From contig NC_069002.1 of assembly GCF_001194135.2 (NCBI RefSeq), positions 31,849,908-31,887,324 of the forward strand: DNA of 37,417 nt, in the 5' to 3' direction. Below, piece by piece: positions 22,866 through 34,523 of this stretch (positions are counted from its first letter, which is position 1; each line of letters begins with the position of its first letter). A program made the position numbers and the translations under genes. The notes under the pieces were generated by a model. The model saw only the letters and a list, made by a program, of their open reading frames with translations. It did no database searches and was not told the origin of the DNA. Source of the stretch: Octopus bimaculoides. Lineage: Eukaryota.

Positions 22866-23028
22866 GATGCAGGCGTGGCTCTCTGGTTAAGAAACTTGCT
22901 TCTCAACTGTGTGGTCTTGAGTTCTGTTCCACTGTGTGGCACCTTGGGCAAGTGCCTTCTACTAGATCTCCAAGCCGACCAAAGCCTTGTGAGTGGACTT
23001 GGTGCATGGAAACTGAAAGCCTGTTGTG

Positions 23029-23065
<37 letters not shown>
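22866..23065 (+). mobile_element. SINE type A head plus (TG)n
   Basis: gcaggcgtggctctctggttaagaaacttgct...gcaccttgggcaagtgccttc...ggaaactgaaagcc. Confidence 0.85.
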
Positions 23066-23068
<3 letters not shown>

Positions 23069-23344
23069 CACACACATAATGGCTTAGCTAGTCAAAACTT
23101 TGAAGTCACTGTCAACAACATTCTTGTTTAAGAATAATAAATTTGTACTCTACAAAAGTACAGAGTAACCCATCAGATTAATGTAAAATTGTTTTTATAA
23201 CTGAACATAAAAACAAACGTGCGTGCGTGCGTGTGTGTATACACAAACTCCTGCCTAGACATCCGTGATAATTGCAAATGAGCAACATCATCATACAAGC
23301 AAAGCCATTCATTTCCAGTCTTTCTTGAAAAACATGTCTAGCTA

Positions 23345-23490
23345 CGAGAAAGTATTACCTAGCTTGGAAACAAGACAAGTGAGAGTTGGTGACAGGAAGG
23401 GCATCCAACTATATAGAAAGTCTGTCTCAACAAAATTCCATCCAACCCATGCCAGTATTGGAAAGTGGATGTTAAAATGATGATGATGAT
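23345..23490 (+). mobile_element. Type F SINE tail
   Basis: cttggaaac...gttggtgacaggaagggcatcc...ccaacccatgccag...gttaaaa(tga)n. Confidence 0.75.
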
Positions 23491-23891
23491 GGCGTGTAGA
23501 ATAAAGACCCAAGATTCATAGTAGCCATGCCTTTGCAAGGAAGCATGACCTGGTAGCCAGTACCATGTTTTCACTGTTTCAGTGGCCTGTGTAGTCATGA
23601 GATGTCTTTTTGATCATTGATCTACTGGATCAAGGCTGGCCTGGGGCTAACAGGCATAACAACTTATGCCTGTTAACCTCAATTTCATATTTTGCTATAA
23701 ATTTTCTTTCATTCAAAAAAAAAAAACTAAGAAAAAAAACATAAGACATATGTCATGAAAAGAAAGAAAAAAAAAAACCCAAACATCTATTTGCATATAA
23801 ATATATTTTCCAATCAAATTAAATGAAATAAGTCTAAATATTCAAACACAAAATAGATTGATTTTTCTCCCATTATAATTATATTTTCTGA

Positions 23892-23923
<32 letters not shown>

Positions 23924-25304
23924 ATAATAATAATGATGATGATGATGATGAATAATTAATANNNNNNNNNNNNNNNNNNNNNNNNNNNNNNNNNNNNNNN
24001 NNNNNNNNNNNNNNNNNNNNNNNNNNNNNNNNNNNNNNNNNNNNNNNNNNNNNNNNNNNNNNNNNNNNNNNNNNNNNNNNNNNNNNNNNNNNNNNNNNNN
24101 NNNNNNNNNNNNNNNNNNNNNNNNNNNNNNNNNNNNNNNNNNNNNNNNNNNNNNNNNNNNNNNNNNNNNNNNNNNNNNNNNNNNNNNNNNNNNNNNNNNN
24201 NNNNNNNNNNNNNNNNNNNNNNNNNNNNNNNNNNNNNNNNNNNNNNNNNNNNNNNNNNNNNNNNNNNNNNNNNNNNNNNNNNNNNNNNNNNNNNNNNNNN
24301 NNNNNNNNNNNNNNNNNNNNNNNNNNNNNNNNNNNNNNNNNNNNNNNNNNNNNNNNNNNNNNNNNNNNNNNNNNNNNNNNNNNNNNNNNNNNNNNNNNNN
24401 NNNNNNNNNNNNNNNNNNNNNNNNNNNNNNNNNNNNNNNNNNNNNNNNNNNNNNNNNNNNNNNNNNNNNNNNNNNNNNNNNNNNNNNNNNNNNNNNNNNN
24501 NNNNNNNNNNNNNNNNNNNNNNNNNNNNNNNNNNNNNNNNNNNNNNNNNNNNNNNNNNNNNNNNNNNNNNNNNNNNNNNNNNNNNNNNNNNNNNNNNNNN
24601 NNNNNNNNNNNNNNNNNNNNNNNNNNNNNNNNNNNNNNNNNNNNNNNNNNNNNNNNNNNNNNNNNNNAAAAAAGCTCACCATCTGTTACTTGAAGAAATA
24701 ACTACACACTAGTGGCATATTATTTATCAACATCTTCCTAAGCTGTATTAAGATAAAATTTCAAAAATGATCTTAACCATTTCTAGCAAAATTCAAAAGT
24801 TTTCTTCTTCTCTTGCATCTCAATATTAATCTGCTGCTTTTACTTGATTCCAACATATCATGGTTCAGGGTAGATTGGGACTTTTTTGTTTTTGTTTTTT
24901 TTTTTCATAAAGAGGAAAATTCTTTGAAACAGTTTTTCTTTGGTAATTTTGCCCGATAATGAAGCACCACAATTCTATAAGCACGCACACACACATGTAT
25001 ACACATACATATATATTATATTATATATATACACACATATGTACATATATATTTATATACACACATAAATATATGTACAGACATATATATACACACACAA
25101 ATATATACATACATATATAAATACACAAATATATATGTATACACATACACACACACACACGTATATAAATATATATGTATATACACACACACACTAACAC
25201 ATACATGTGTGTGTGTATACATATACCTTTTACTATTTTACTCTTTTTAAATCATTGGACCGTGGCCATACTGATGAGATAATAATAAGATAGAGTGTTT
25301 TCAG

Positions 25305-25620
25305 AGTGACATTGTAGGGTAGGTGTGAAAGGCTGGATCTGGTCAGTTCTGGACATAAAACAGAATATTTATGTAGGATATGGCTGGTCCAATTCCTTAG
25401 CTTTCAGATTACTCTGTCAAACGTAATGCTTATTTATTAGCACTGTTTGAAATTAATCAGGTACCATCTCATAGCTTTGAGATTTCAATGATGTAATTTT
25501 TTTTTTTTTGACTGACATTGTAGGGTAGGTGTAAGAGGCTGGGTCTAGCCAATTTGAATGTAAAACAGGTAGAATATTTTGGCTGGATATGGTGGTTGGT
25601 TTAAATACAATAGAGGTAAC
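25305..25620. mobile_element. Degenerate MITE-like element with a duplicated right half
   Basis: tgacattgtagggtaggtgt...ggatatgg occurs at 25307-25390 and ~25514-25600; piggyBac-like identity is from memory of this family, and the termini are decayed. Confidence 0.5.
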
Positions 25621-25850
25621 ACACTAAAAACTTTTTTTTTACTGAATATGAGCTACTGCAATTGCAGTGGATCTAATATAGCCGTGAATCTTTTATGCCA
25701 TCAAATTTGGTATTTCATTCTCTAATGAAACCAAGAGAGAAACAAACGTTTCCACAAGTGATACTTTCAATAATGTAATACTTAAAAGACAGGATGGATG
25801 GCCACGGTTTAAAGGCTTCTGAGCATGACTTTGGTCAACAAAGGTTAAAC

Positions 25851-26296
25851 ATCATCATCATCATCGTCATTTAACGTCTGCTTTCCATGCTGGCATGGGT
25901 TCGATGGTTTGACTGAGGACTGGCAAGCCAGGAGGCTGCACTAGGCTCCAATCTGATCTGGCAAAGTTTCTTCAGCTGGATACCCTTCCTAATGCCAACC
26001 ACTCTAAGAGTGTAGTGGGTGCTTTTCATGTGCCACTGGCATGAGGGCCAGTCAGGCAGCACTGGCAACGACCATGCTCGAATGGTACTTTTTACGTGTC
26101 ACTGGCATGGGAGCCAGTCAGGCAGCACTGGCAATGATCACGCTTAAATGGTGCTTTTTACGTGCCAATCAGGCAGTACTCTCATTGGCCATGACAATGA
26201 TTTCACTTGCCTCAACAGGTCTTCACAAGCGCAGTTTATTGCCCAATGATTGAAGGGTACTCCTAAATGGGCTGGTTATGCTGCACTGGCATAGGC
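25851..26296 (-). mobile_element. SINE type B with an extended 5' region
   Basis: (cat)n-tttaacgtctgctttccatgctggcatggg...cccttcctaatgccaacc...2-3 gccagtcaggcagcactggca units. Confidence 0.85.
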
Positions 26297-26853
26297 CAAA
26301 GAAAGTAAGAAATACAAGGAGGACATTCCTACACTGAAAACTGTGTGAAAAATTGGGGCTAGAGCACAAATCATAGTGAGTGGTGGAGTCAGAGACCTGC
26401 AAAATCCTGCAGTATTTCCCAATCCAAACAGACCGTGTGTTTAAGCACAACAAGCCAGACATAGTGGTGGTGGACAAGGTGAATCACATGTACTCTATAA
26501 GTGATATTGTGTGCCCTTTTGATCCGCAAATAGTTAAGAAGGAAGACAAAAATAAATAGACATTCACAACCCTCTTCAATACAAAATAGCCTGACTATGG
26601 AAAATGGAAAAGGTGACGATAATGCCAAATATTGATAGGTCGTTGATAATATCAGGAAGAACGTAAAGGAATTGTGAATAGAATGCACAGTAGAGCTGCT
26701 GCAAAAGGTTTGCCTCCTTGGCACGATCAGAATCATTGGGAAAGTATTAGTTGAAAAAAACAGAAAGCATGATACCATAGGCTACAGGTAGTAAGCCCGC
26801 TATACATACAAGACTCCATGAGTTCCAACAAAACCTGAGTTAATAATAATAAT
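26297..26853 (+). pseudogene. 3' fragment of an R2-superfamily (R4/Dong-like) non-LTR retrotransposon: RLE domain, 3' UTR and (TAA)n tail
   Basis: LH*KLCEKLGLE / VVESETCKILQYFPIQTDRVFKHNKPDIVVVDKVNHMYSISDIVCPFDPQIVKKEDK / IA*LWKMEKVTIMP / ELLQKVCLLGTIRIIGKVL; the KPDIV..D..CP..K PD-(D/E)xK signature and LLGT.RI terminus are typical of this group; frameshifts and stops present. Confidence 0.85.
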
Positions 26854-27064
26854 CCTTTCTACTATAGGCACAAGACCTGAAATTTTGGGGTCAGGGAACT
26901 AGTTGATTGCATCGACCCCAGTGCTTGACAGGTACTTAATTTATGAATCCTGAAAGGATGAAAAGTAAACTCAACCTCAGAACGTATGGAATTTGAACTC
27001 AGAAAGTAAGGACAAAAAAAATGCATAACAGCATTTTGTCCAGCCTACTAACGATTCTGCCAGC

Positions 27065-27066
<2 letters not shown>
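26854..27066 (-). mobile_element. SINE type D between (AAT)n tracts, tail-to-tail with the LINE fragment
   Basis: aataat-cctttctactataggcacaagacctgaaatttt...catcgaccccagtg...gaatttgaactcag...ctaacgattctgccagct-(aat)n. Confidence 0.85.
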
Positions 27067-27098
<32 letters not shown>

Positions 27099-27109
27099 TA
27101 ATAAAGTAG

Positions 27110-27255
27110 CTATAATTCCTTCAAATCACACCTTGCTGCATTTTAGAGAGAGAGAGAAACACACTTTAGATAATGTAGTTAAAATGACAGGGTAGGCATG
27201 ACTGGAGTGTCTTAAATCATATGTCTGCTTGATCAGGAGTGAGCTGGGGTTGAGC
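27110..27255 (+). mobile_element. Type E relic
   Basis: ttccttcaaatcacacc...agataatgtagtt...catgactgg...tgcttgatcaggagtgagctgggg. Confidence 0.6.
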
Positions 27256-27985
27256 AAAATTTGTTACAGCCACGACAATGACAATTATGATGATGATGAT
27301 GATGATGATGAACCACCACCACCACCACCACCATCAGCATTAGATAAATACAAGCAACACACCATATCATCGTACTAGTCTTATCTGTTCTATGAAATTT
27401 TGCCACAAATTTTCCCAGATATTTTCTCAGAAGTCTTCTATCTTCAGGATTATTAGATTATCTAAAAATAGCAGACATTCTTAATGAATTTCGTGAAAAT
27501 AATAATTACAGAATGACCGCATTACTTTTGGTTAGCCAATGCTTCCAGAAACGTCACTTCAAAAATTTGTCCAGCTGACTGTATCCTGGGATAAGGTGGA
27601 ACCTAGTTTGGTTCAATTAGCTCTCCAAGATGACAGTGAATGGAACCGAGTTTGATAGTAATGTATTCTAGTGAGACAGAGCCAGATGGTGGAAGAAGGG
27701 AAGCTATAGACATCTCAGGTGTCGTTAGAATGTTTTGATTAGAATAAAGCAGTCAGTGTGAAGAGTACAGCTAATATCCACAGAAATATCTAGGAATGTC
27801 TGACACCTGAAAACTAAAGAGTAAAGTGGAAGCAAAGAAATTTGGATTCATTAAAATTTCCTCGTTAGTGATGAGAACTATTGTTAAGCTAAATCACTAA
27901 ATAAAAGAATTCTGAATAATAAAAAGATAAATAAATAAAAACGGTAATGTGGAATGAGTGCGATTTCTAAGAGTACAGTAACAAT

Positions 27986-28375
27986 TATCTTTTATCCTTT
28001 TATTTGTTTCAGTCATTGGACTGTGACCATGCTGGGGCACAACCTTAAAGGTTTTTAGTTGAGCAAATCAGGCCCAGTACTTTTTTTTTTTCTAAAGTCT
28101 TCTACTTATTCTATCGGTCATTTTTGCTGAACCACTAAGTTATGGGGATGTAAATAAACTAACACCAGTTGTCAAGTGGTGGTGAGGACAGACACAAACA
28201 CAAACATACACACACACACACACACATATATGCATGACAGGCTTCATTTACTTTCCATCTGCCAAATCCACGCACAAGGCTTCGGTTGGCTTGGGGGCTA
28301 TAGTAAAAGACACTTGCCCAAGGTGCCACACAGTGGGACTGAACCTGAAACCACGTGGTCAGGAAGCAAGCTTCT
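27986..28375 (-). mobile_element. SINE type A, full length, older
   Basis: Tail ttgtttcagtcattggactgtgaccatgctggggcac through head ccaaggtgccacacagtgggactgaacctg. Confidence 0.85.
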
Positions 28376-28397
28376 GATGCTTAATAGTTACAAGTTA

Positions 28398-28620
28398 TCA
28401 TCATCATTGTTTAACATCCTCTTTTCAATGCTTGCATGAATCAGATGGAACTTGTTGAGGCAGATCCCTACGGCCAGATGCCCTTCCTGTCACCGACTCC
28501 TGCTTCTTTCCACACAAGGTAATATAATCCCCCCAACACCTCATGTATGACAGTGACACTCATTTACAACTATCACACAATGTAAAGACAAGGAGACACA
28601 AAACCCCACACAACTATGTG
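28398..28620 (-). mobile_element. Type F SINE tail
   Basis: tcatcatcattgtttaacatcc...gatgcccttcctgtcacc...tgtatgacagtgacactcatttacaactatcac; homologous to 36960-37180. Confidence 0.75.
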
Positions 28621-28789
28621 AATACATATGCATATGTACCTGTAAACACAGACATTTACATAGATACATACATACATTTGTACACACAAACAGTCACATA
28701 CATAAAGTCAATTCATTGTTTTAGGAGATAACAGTTTGTGGAAAATATGCCTGAAACTTATCGAATAAGTTACAATTAATAATGAAATA

Positions 28790-28791
28790 CA

Positions 28792-28824
<33 letters not shown>

Positions 28825-29350
28825 CACACACACATATACATGCACACACAAACACATATATATACACACATATGCACACACAAACACACATATATACATA
28901 CATGCATACACACATATATATGCATACATATATCTATACACACACACGTGCATATATATATACACACACATATGTACACATATATACAGACATGTGCATA
29001 CATACATATATACACACATATGTGCACACATATATATATATAGACATATAAACATATATATAGACATATATACACACACATATATATATACACCCAAATA
29101 TATGTACACATATATACAGACATGTGCACACACACACATACACACATATATATACACATATGTGCACACATACACACATATATATACACATATGTGCACA
29201 CATACACACATATATATACACATATGTGCACACATATATATACAGACATGTATACACCACATATATGTACACATATAGACATGTGCGCACACACACATAT
29301 ACACACAGACATAAATATATATACATACACACAGACACACACACACATGC
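28790..29350. repeat. Long compound (CA/TA) tract with a 32-bp quasi-unit
   Basis: cacatatatatacacatatgtgcacacataca repeated about 3 times near 29140-29240; nearly uninterrupted RY alternation. Confidence 0.9.
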
Positions 29351-29469
29351 ATGCATGGCTATAGCCCCAGGCTGACCAATGACTTGAGGAAATGTGATAG
29401 ATGGAAACTGCAGCAAGCTTTTGTGTGTGTGTGCGTGTGTGTGTGTGCGTGTTTGTGTGTGTGTGTGTG

Positions 29470-29640
29470 TGTCATCATTATCATTTTATCATCATCATTT
29501 CCATACCTACATGAGTAAGGCAAGATTTTGTTGAAGGAAAATTTTCTTTAGCCAGATGTTTTTCTTAACGCCAACCTCTACTGGTTTCTGTGCAGGGCAA
29601 TAATTCCTCCAGTCTGTTAGTCAAACTCCAGCCCAGACAT
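29470..29640 (-). mobile_element. Degenerate type F tail leading into the tandem array
   Basis: (cat)n-ttccatacctacatgag...agccagatgtttttcttaacgccaacc...cccagacatgttttcacag. Confidence 0.6.
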
Positions 29641-30890
29641 GTTTTCACAGTGAACTGCAAACAAACAAGGGGGTCTGGACATGCTTTCACATTGTACTGC
29701 AAAGAGACAACGCTGCACAAATGGTGAGGTTAAGTTTACAACCAGCACGCACATGTTCAAGACAAGGAGTATACAGACTCAGTAACACACATAAACACAT
29801 ATACATTTACATACGTGTGAGTGTGTGTGTGCGTGCATCTGTGCATAATGTGCCTGGAGGTTACCAAACTGTGATTACAGATCTCAGATGAACAGGCCAG
29901 ACATGTTTTCACAGAGGACTGCCAACAAACGGCGTTGTATTGTTTACAGTCAGTGCATACATGCCAAGACATGTTAATGGGTCTGGACATACTTTCATAC
30001 CGTACAGCAAACAAACAATGCTGTACAAATGGTGAGATTTAGTTTAAGACCAGCATACACGTATTCGAGACAAGCTGTATACATACTTGGTCACACACAC
30101 AAACATATATATTTATATATGTGTGTGTGTGTGTGTGAAATGTGCCTGGAGATTGTCTAACTGTGATTACAGATTTCAGATGACCAGGCCAGACATGTTT
30201 TCAGAGAGGACTGCAAACAAACTGCGACATATTACTCTTTTACTTGTTTCAGTCATTTGACTGTGGCCATTCTGGAGCACCGCCTTTAGTCGAGCAAATC
30301 GACCCCGGGACTTATTCTTTGTAAGCCTAGTACTTATTCTATCGGTCTCTTTTGCCGAACCACTAAGTTACGGGGACGTAAACACACCAGCATCGGTTGT
30401 CAAGCAATGCTAGGGGGACAAACAGACACACAAACACCCATATATATATATACATATATACGACTGGCTTCTTTCAGTTTCCGTCTACCAAATCCACTCA
30501 CAAGGCTTTGGTCGGACCGAGGCTATAGTAGAAGACACTTGCCAGAGGTGCCACACAGAGGGAATGAACCCGGAACCATGTGGTTGGTAATCAAGCTACT
30601 TACCACACAGCCACTCCTGCGCCTATTGTTTACAATCAGTGCACACATGCCAAAGCATGTCAAGGGGTCTGGACATGCTTTCACAGTGTACAGCAAACTG
30701 CAAACAGACGACACTATGCGAATGGTGAGGTTTAGTCTACAACCAGCACACACATGTTCAAGCCAAGGTGTATACATACTCAGTAACACATACGCACACA
30801 CAAACATATATTTATGTATGTATATGTGTGTGTGTGTGTGTGTGCGAAATGCGCCTGAAGGTTCCTCTAACTGTGATTACAGATCTGAGA
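29633..30890. repeat. Three tandem copies of a ~265-310-bp unit; third copy split by a SINE
   Basis: ccagacatgttttca at 29633, 29897 and 30189; each copy has gggtctggacat, atggtgag, gtatacatact/cagact, a (TG)n tract and aactgtgattacagat. Confidence 0.9.
30233..30626 (-). mobile_element. SINE type A, young and full length
   Basis: Reverse complement ataggcgcaggagtggctgtgtggtaag...gggttcattccc...(aaaagagta); short tatt duplication at the flanks. Confidence 0.95.
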
Positions 30891-31390
30891 CGACGAAAGA
30901 TGTAAATAGGAGTTTCATGAATGAACACCGAGCAATGTAATAGCTTAAATATCTAGGAAAAAGTGCCGAGGGACGTCTGTTGGCAGAACATTTAATAAAT
31001 TCAGTGCTAACATATTTGATGCAAGGAAGCTGGAAGAAAAAAAAAAAAAAAAAATTTCAGTTAATTGAAATTGCACTCGTAATCAGTCACTCAGATAATT
31101 AATGTTCTCCTCACTAACTACGTAATTTTAATTAATTAAAATTTCATGGTTTTATTACATCGAGTGTCCTAGTGCCCACTTTACTACAGAATCACTAAGT
31201 CTTGTACAGACCTATGAGGGTGTGGGGGCAGGGCAGACAGTAATGCCATGAATGTCATGATCAGGATGACCACAACAACTGACCACTGTGTGTGCATATG
31301 CATACAGGAGCTGGCGAGCCAGCGAACAGCAACAGGCTCCAATGTCTGCTTTGGCATGGTTTCTAGATGCCCTTCCTAACACTAAATATA

Positions 31391-31892
31391 TACTCTTTAC
31401 TCTTTTGCTTGTTTCAGTCATTTGACTGTGGCCATGCTGGAGCACTGCCTTTGTAATCGAGAAATTCAACCCCAGAACTTATTCTTTGTAAGCCTAGTAC
31501 TTATTCTATCGGTCTCTTTTTGCCGAACCGCTAAGTTACGGGGGACGTAAACACACCAGCACCGGTTGTCAAGCAATGCTAGGGGGACAAACACAGACAC
31601 ACAAACACACNNNNNNNNNNNNNNNNNNNNNNNNNNNNNNNNNNNNNNNNNNNNNNNNNNNNNNNNNNNNNNNNNNNNNNNNNNNNNNNNNNNNNNNNNN
31701 NNNNNNNNNNNNNNNNNNNNNNNNNNNNNNNNNNNNNNNNNNNNNNNNNNNNNNNNNNNNNNNNNNNNNNNNNNNNNNNNNNNNNNNNNNNNNNNNNNNN
31801 NNNNNNNNNNNNNNNNNNNNNNNNNNNNNNNNNNNNNNNAACCATGTGGTTGGTAAGCAAGCTACTTACCACATAGCCACTCCTGCGCCTAT
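31391..31892 (-). mobile_element. SINE type A, young and full length across a gap
   Basis: Both ends nearly identical to 30233-30626. Confidence 0.9.
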
Positions 31893-31939
31893 ATATATAT
31901 AATACAAATAATATGTGATATATATATGTGTGTGTAACA

Positions 31940-32130
31940 TTATCATTGTGCCATCTACTTTTCCATGTTCACATGCTCAAATGAACTTCATTGGCACTGA
32001 CAGATTCTCTAAGGCCAGACGCTCTCCTTGTCACCAACCTTCAGTTTCCAAGCAAGACAATAATTTCTTCCAGAACATCTTTGAGTCTGCTAAACCTACT
32101 CTCAGTGTCAACGATGTGGAGTACACTGCT
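31940..32130 (-). mobile_element. Degenerate type F tail
   Basis: ttttccatgttcacatg...ggccagacgctctccttgtcaccaacc...tttccaagcaag. Confidence 0.55.
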
Positions 32131-32174
32131 ATCATTATATACACACATTCTATCAATGGTACCCTCAACTATAT

Positions 32175-32528
32175 CAGGGGTTCTCAATCATTTTTTTTAT
32201 CTATAGACCCCTTTGATTACTATTTTATTCTGGTGGAACCCCCCATAGTCATTCGACGTTTAAAAACTAATTTTATAGAAACATCTTTCAAAATCTTCAA
32301 AATTTTGTTTTCTGCACATAAAACTTGTGTGGGTTGAACAACAGAAGATATTAGAGAAAGAAACCAAACTGTTTCTTCCAATACATACATAGAAAATAAT
32401 TTTTTTTTTTTTTCAGGGGTCCTTGAAATGCTTTTATAGATTCCCAACTTACTATATTGTCACATGGACACCCAAAAATCTTATATGGATCCCTAGGGAC
32501 CCTATGGATCCACAGTTGAGAACCACTG
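32175..32528. mobile_element. hAT (Charlie-type termini) MITE, ~354 bp
   Basis: TIRs CAGGGGTTCTCAA / TTGAGAACCACTG (12 of 13 match); 8-bp flanks aactatat / ctcgatat match at 5 of 8. Confidence 0.8.
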
Positions 32529-33227
32529 CTCGATATTCACAGACTGCTTTACAATCTACAACATCCCACATCTCTCATCACATGACACTACCAAACTTCT
32601 GACCTTCTGCTCTCTCTCTCCCTGTGCTATGAGGGAGTACCTGACAGCTAGCTTTCTTTGTAATTACCTCCATAAAGTTCCCTGCAACCCGTTACCTTCT
32701 GTCTGTTTTTTATCAGGTCTTTCTAATAGTTTCTTTGTTTTGACCCTGTTATATTGTGCCACCAAATCACCTTCTGTATTGCAGGAACCTTCTTCCATCC
32801 ACAGATCTGGTTTTCTGGCTCAAAACACTTTATTTCGGAAAAACTCCCAGTTCTCTTCCATGTTTATGGTTTCTCTGCCTATCTCCTCTCCCTCATGCCA
32901 CTAAGCACTTGTTTGTATGTATGTATACACACACACATACATACATACACACACATGAATATGCATATACATAAATACTCACATATACATATACACACAT
33001 ACGTACATACACACACATCACACATACATATATAGATAAATGTCAAACGATGAAATGAGTGCTACATATATATATACACAAACACACACACATATACATA
33101 CATATATATACACATATATATATATACAAACATACATATATATATATAAAAGGATGCATCTATGCATGTGTACATTATCATCATTCAACATCTGTTTTAC
33201 AGGAGGCCTTAGGTTGGACAAATATGT

Positions 33228-33258
<31 letters not shown>

Positions 33259-33628
33259 TATATAAACACACGTACACACATATAATTTATCCACACACAT
33301 CCCCCCATGAAATAGAAGTTTTGTATTCCTGAAAATCTCGCAAGAACGCAAGAGTTTTAAAATGCAAAAACCTATTTTTCCGTTGACTTCCAATGTTATG
33401 AAAGGGGATGGGGGAGAAAAATCTGCTTCGCATTACGGAACTGTACATTATGGCAAGAATTTCCAAGAGTGCAACACTTCCATACTGCACAAGGTGCCAG
33501 CATACACACACACACACACACACACACATAGAACATGAAATATGTATAAACATAAATCAATATAACAAAATCTTTAAATACCTCAAGTTATATTTAAAAC
33601 ACGCACACATAAACTGAAGCATTACAAG

Positions 33629-33629
33629 C

Positions 33630-33664
<35 letters not shown>

Positions 33665-33706
33665 TAATAATAATGATAATAATAATGATAATAATAATAG
33701 GTGTTG

Positions 33707-33738
<32 letters not shown>
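33629..33738. repeat. (AAT)n then (ATT)n inverted microsatellite pair
   Basis: Direct reading; the two tracts are reverse complements. Confidence 0.9.
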
Positions 33739-33741
<3 letters not shown>

Positions 33742-34477
33742 CATCTTAGTGAAGAAGTGAGTGTATACATATGTCAGCTAGCACAATTTTCTGTGTATCA
33801 GTCTTGTGGAAGTGTATCTCATATGCGGAATATCTGTTTATCGGTGTGTGTGTGTGTGTGTGCTTGTGTGTTTAGATCCTGTGTATGTATGTATGTATGT
33901 ATGTATGTATATGTTCACCTGTGTGTGTGTGAGAGAGAGAGTGAGAGGGGGGTGTTGTTTGCCTGAGTGTGAGTGCATACAAGCCGTGTGGTTATGTTGC
34001 GTTGCGCACGCGCACGCGTGCGTGTGTGTGTAACCTGAGAGTGAAGAAACATGGAGGAAAAGAGAGGGGGGAGGAAGAGGAGGGGAAAGAGGAAGGCAAG
34101 ATAGATGAGAGGAAGGGGAAAGAGACAGAGATAGCCTTGAGAGAGATAGAGAGAGAGGGAGGGGGGAGAGAATATTGATAAAGCTGGCTAATCTGTTTAA
34201 TTACTACTGATTAAAAATAGTGTGGTAGTTGGTAGTAGCTTCCTTGTGCAACCTGGCTGTACACATTTGAGAGATATAGTTCCAACTCACTTGTACAACA
34301 CACTACTACCTATCTATCTATCTATCTATCTATCTATCCATATATCTATCTATCTAAATATATATATGTATATACATATATATATATATGTATATATATA
34401 TAATTTTATATATATATATAATTACAATTAAACATATATATAAAATTACATTTATTTATACATATAAAATCATATAT

Positions 34478-34523
<46 letters not shown>

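Noticed and set aside
27538-27657. 39-codon open frame PMLPETSLQKFVQLTVSWDK...EWNRV (also the 33287-33500 minus frame)
   Set aside because: Length is within chance expectation, splice signals are weak, and no motif is recognisable
28708-29416. Long Cys/Val/Tyr/Ile- and His/Thr-rich ORFs (also at 3338-3663, 25016-25222, 33040-33308, 34388-35092)
   Set aside because: CA/TA microsatellites lack stop codons in most frames; these are not metallothionein-like or His-rich genes
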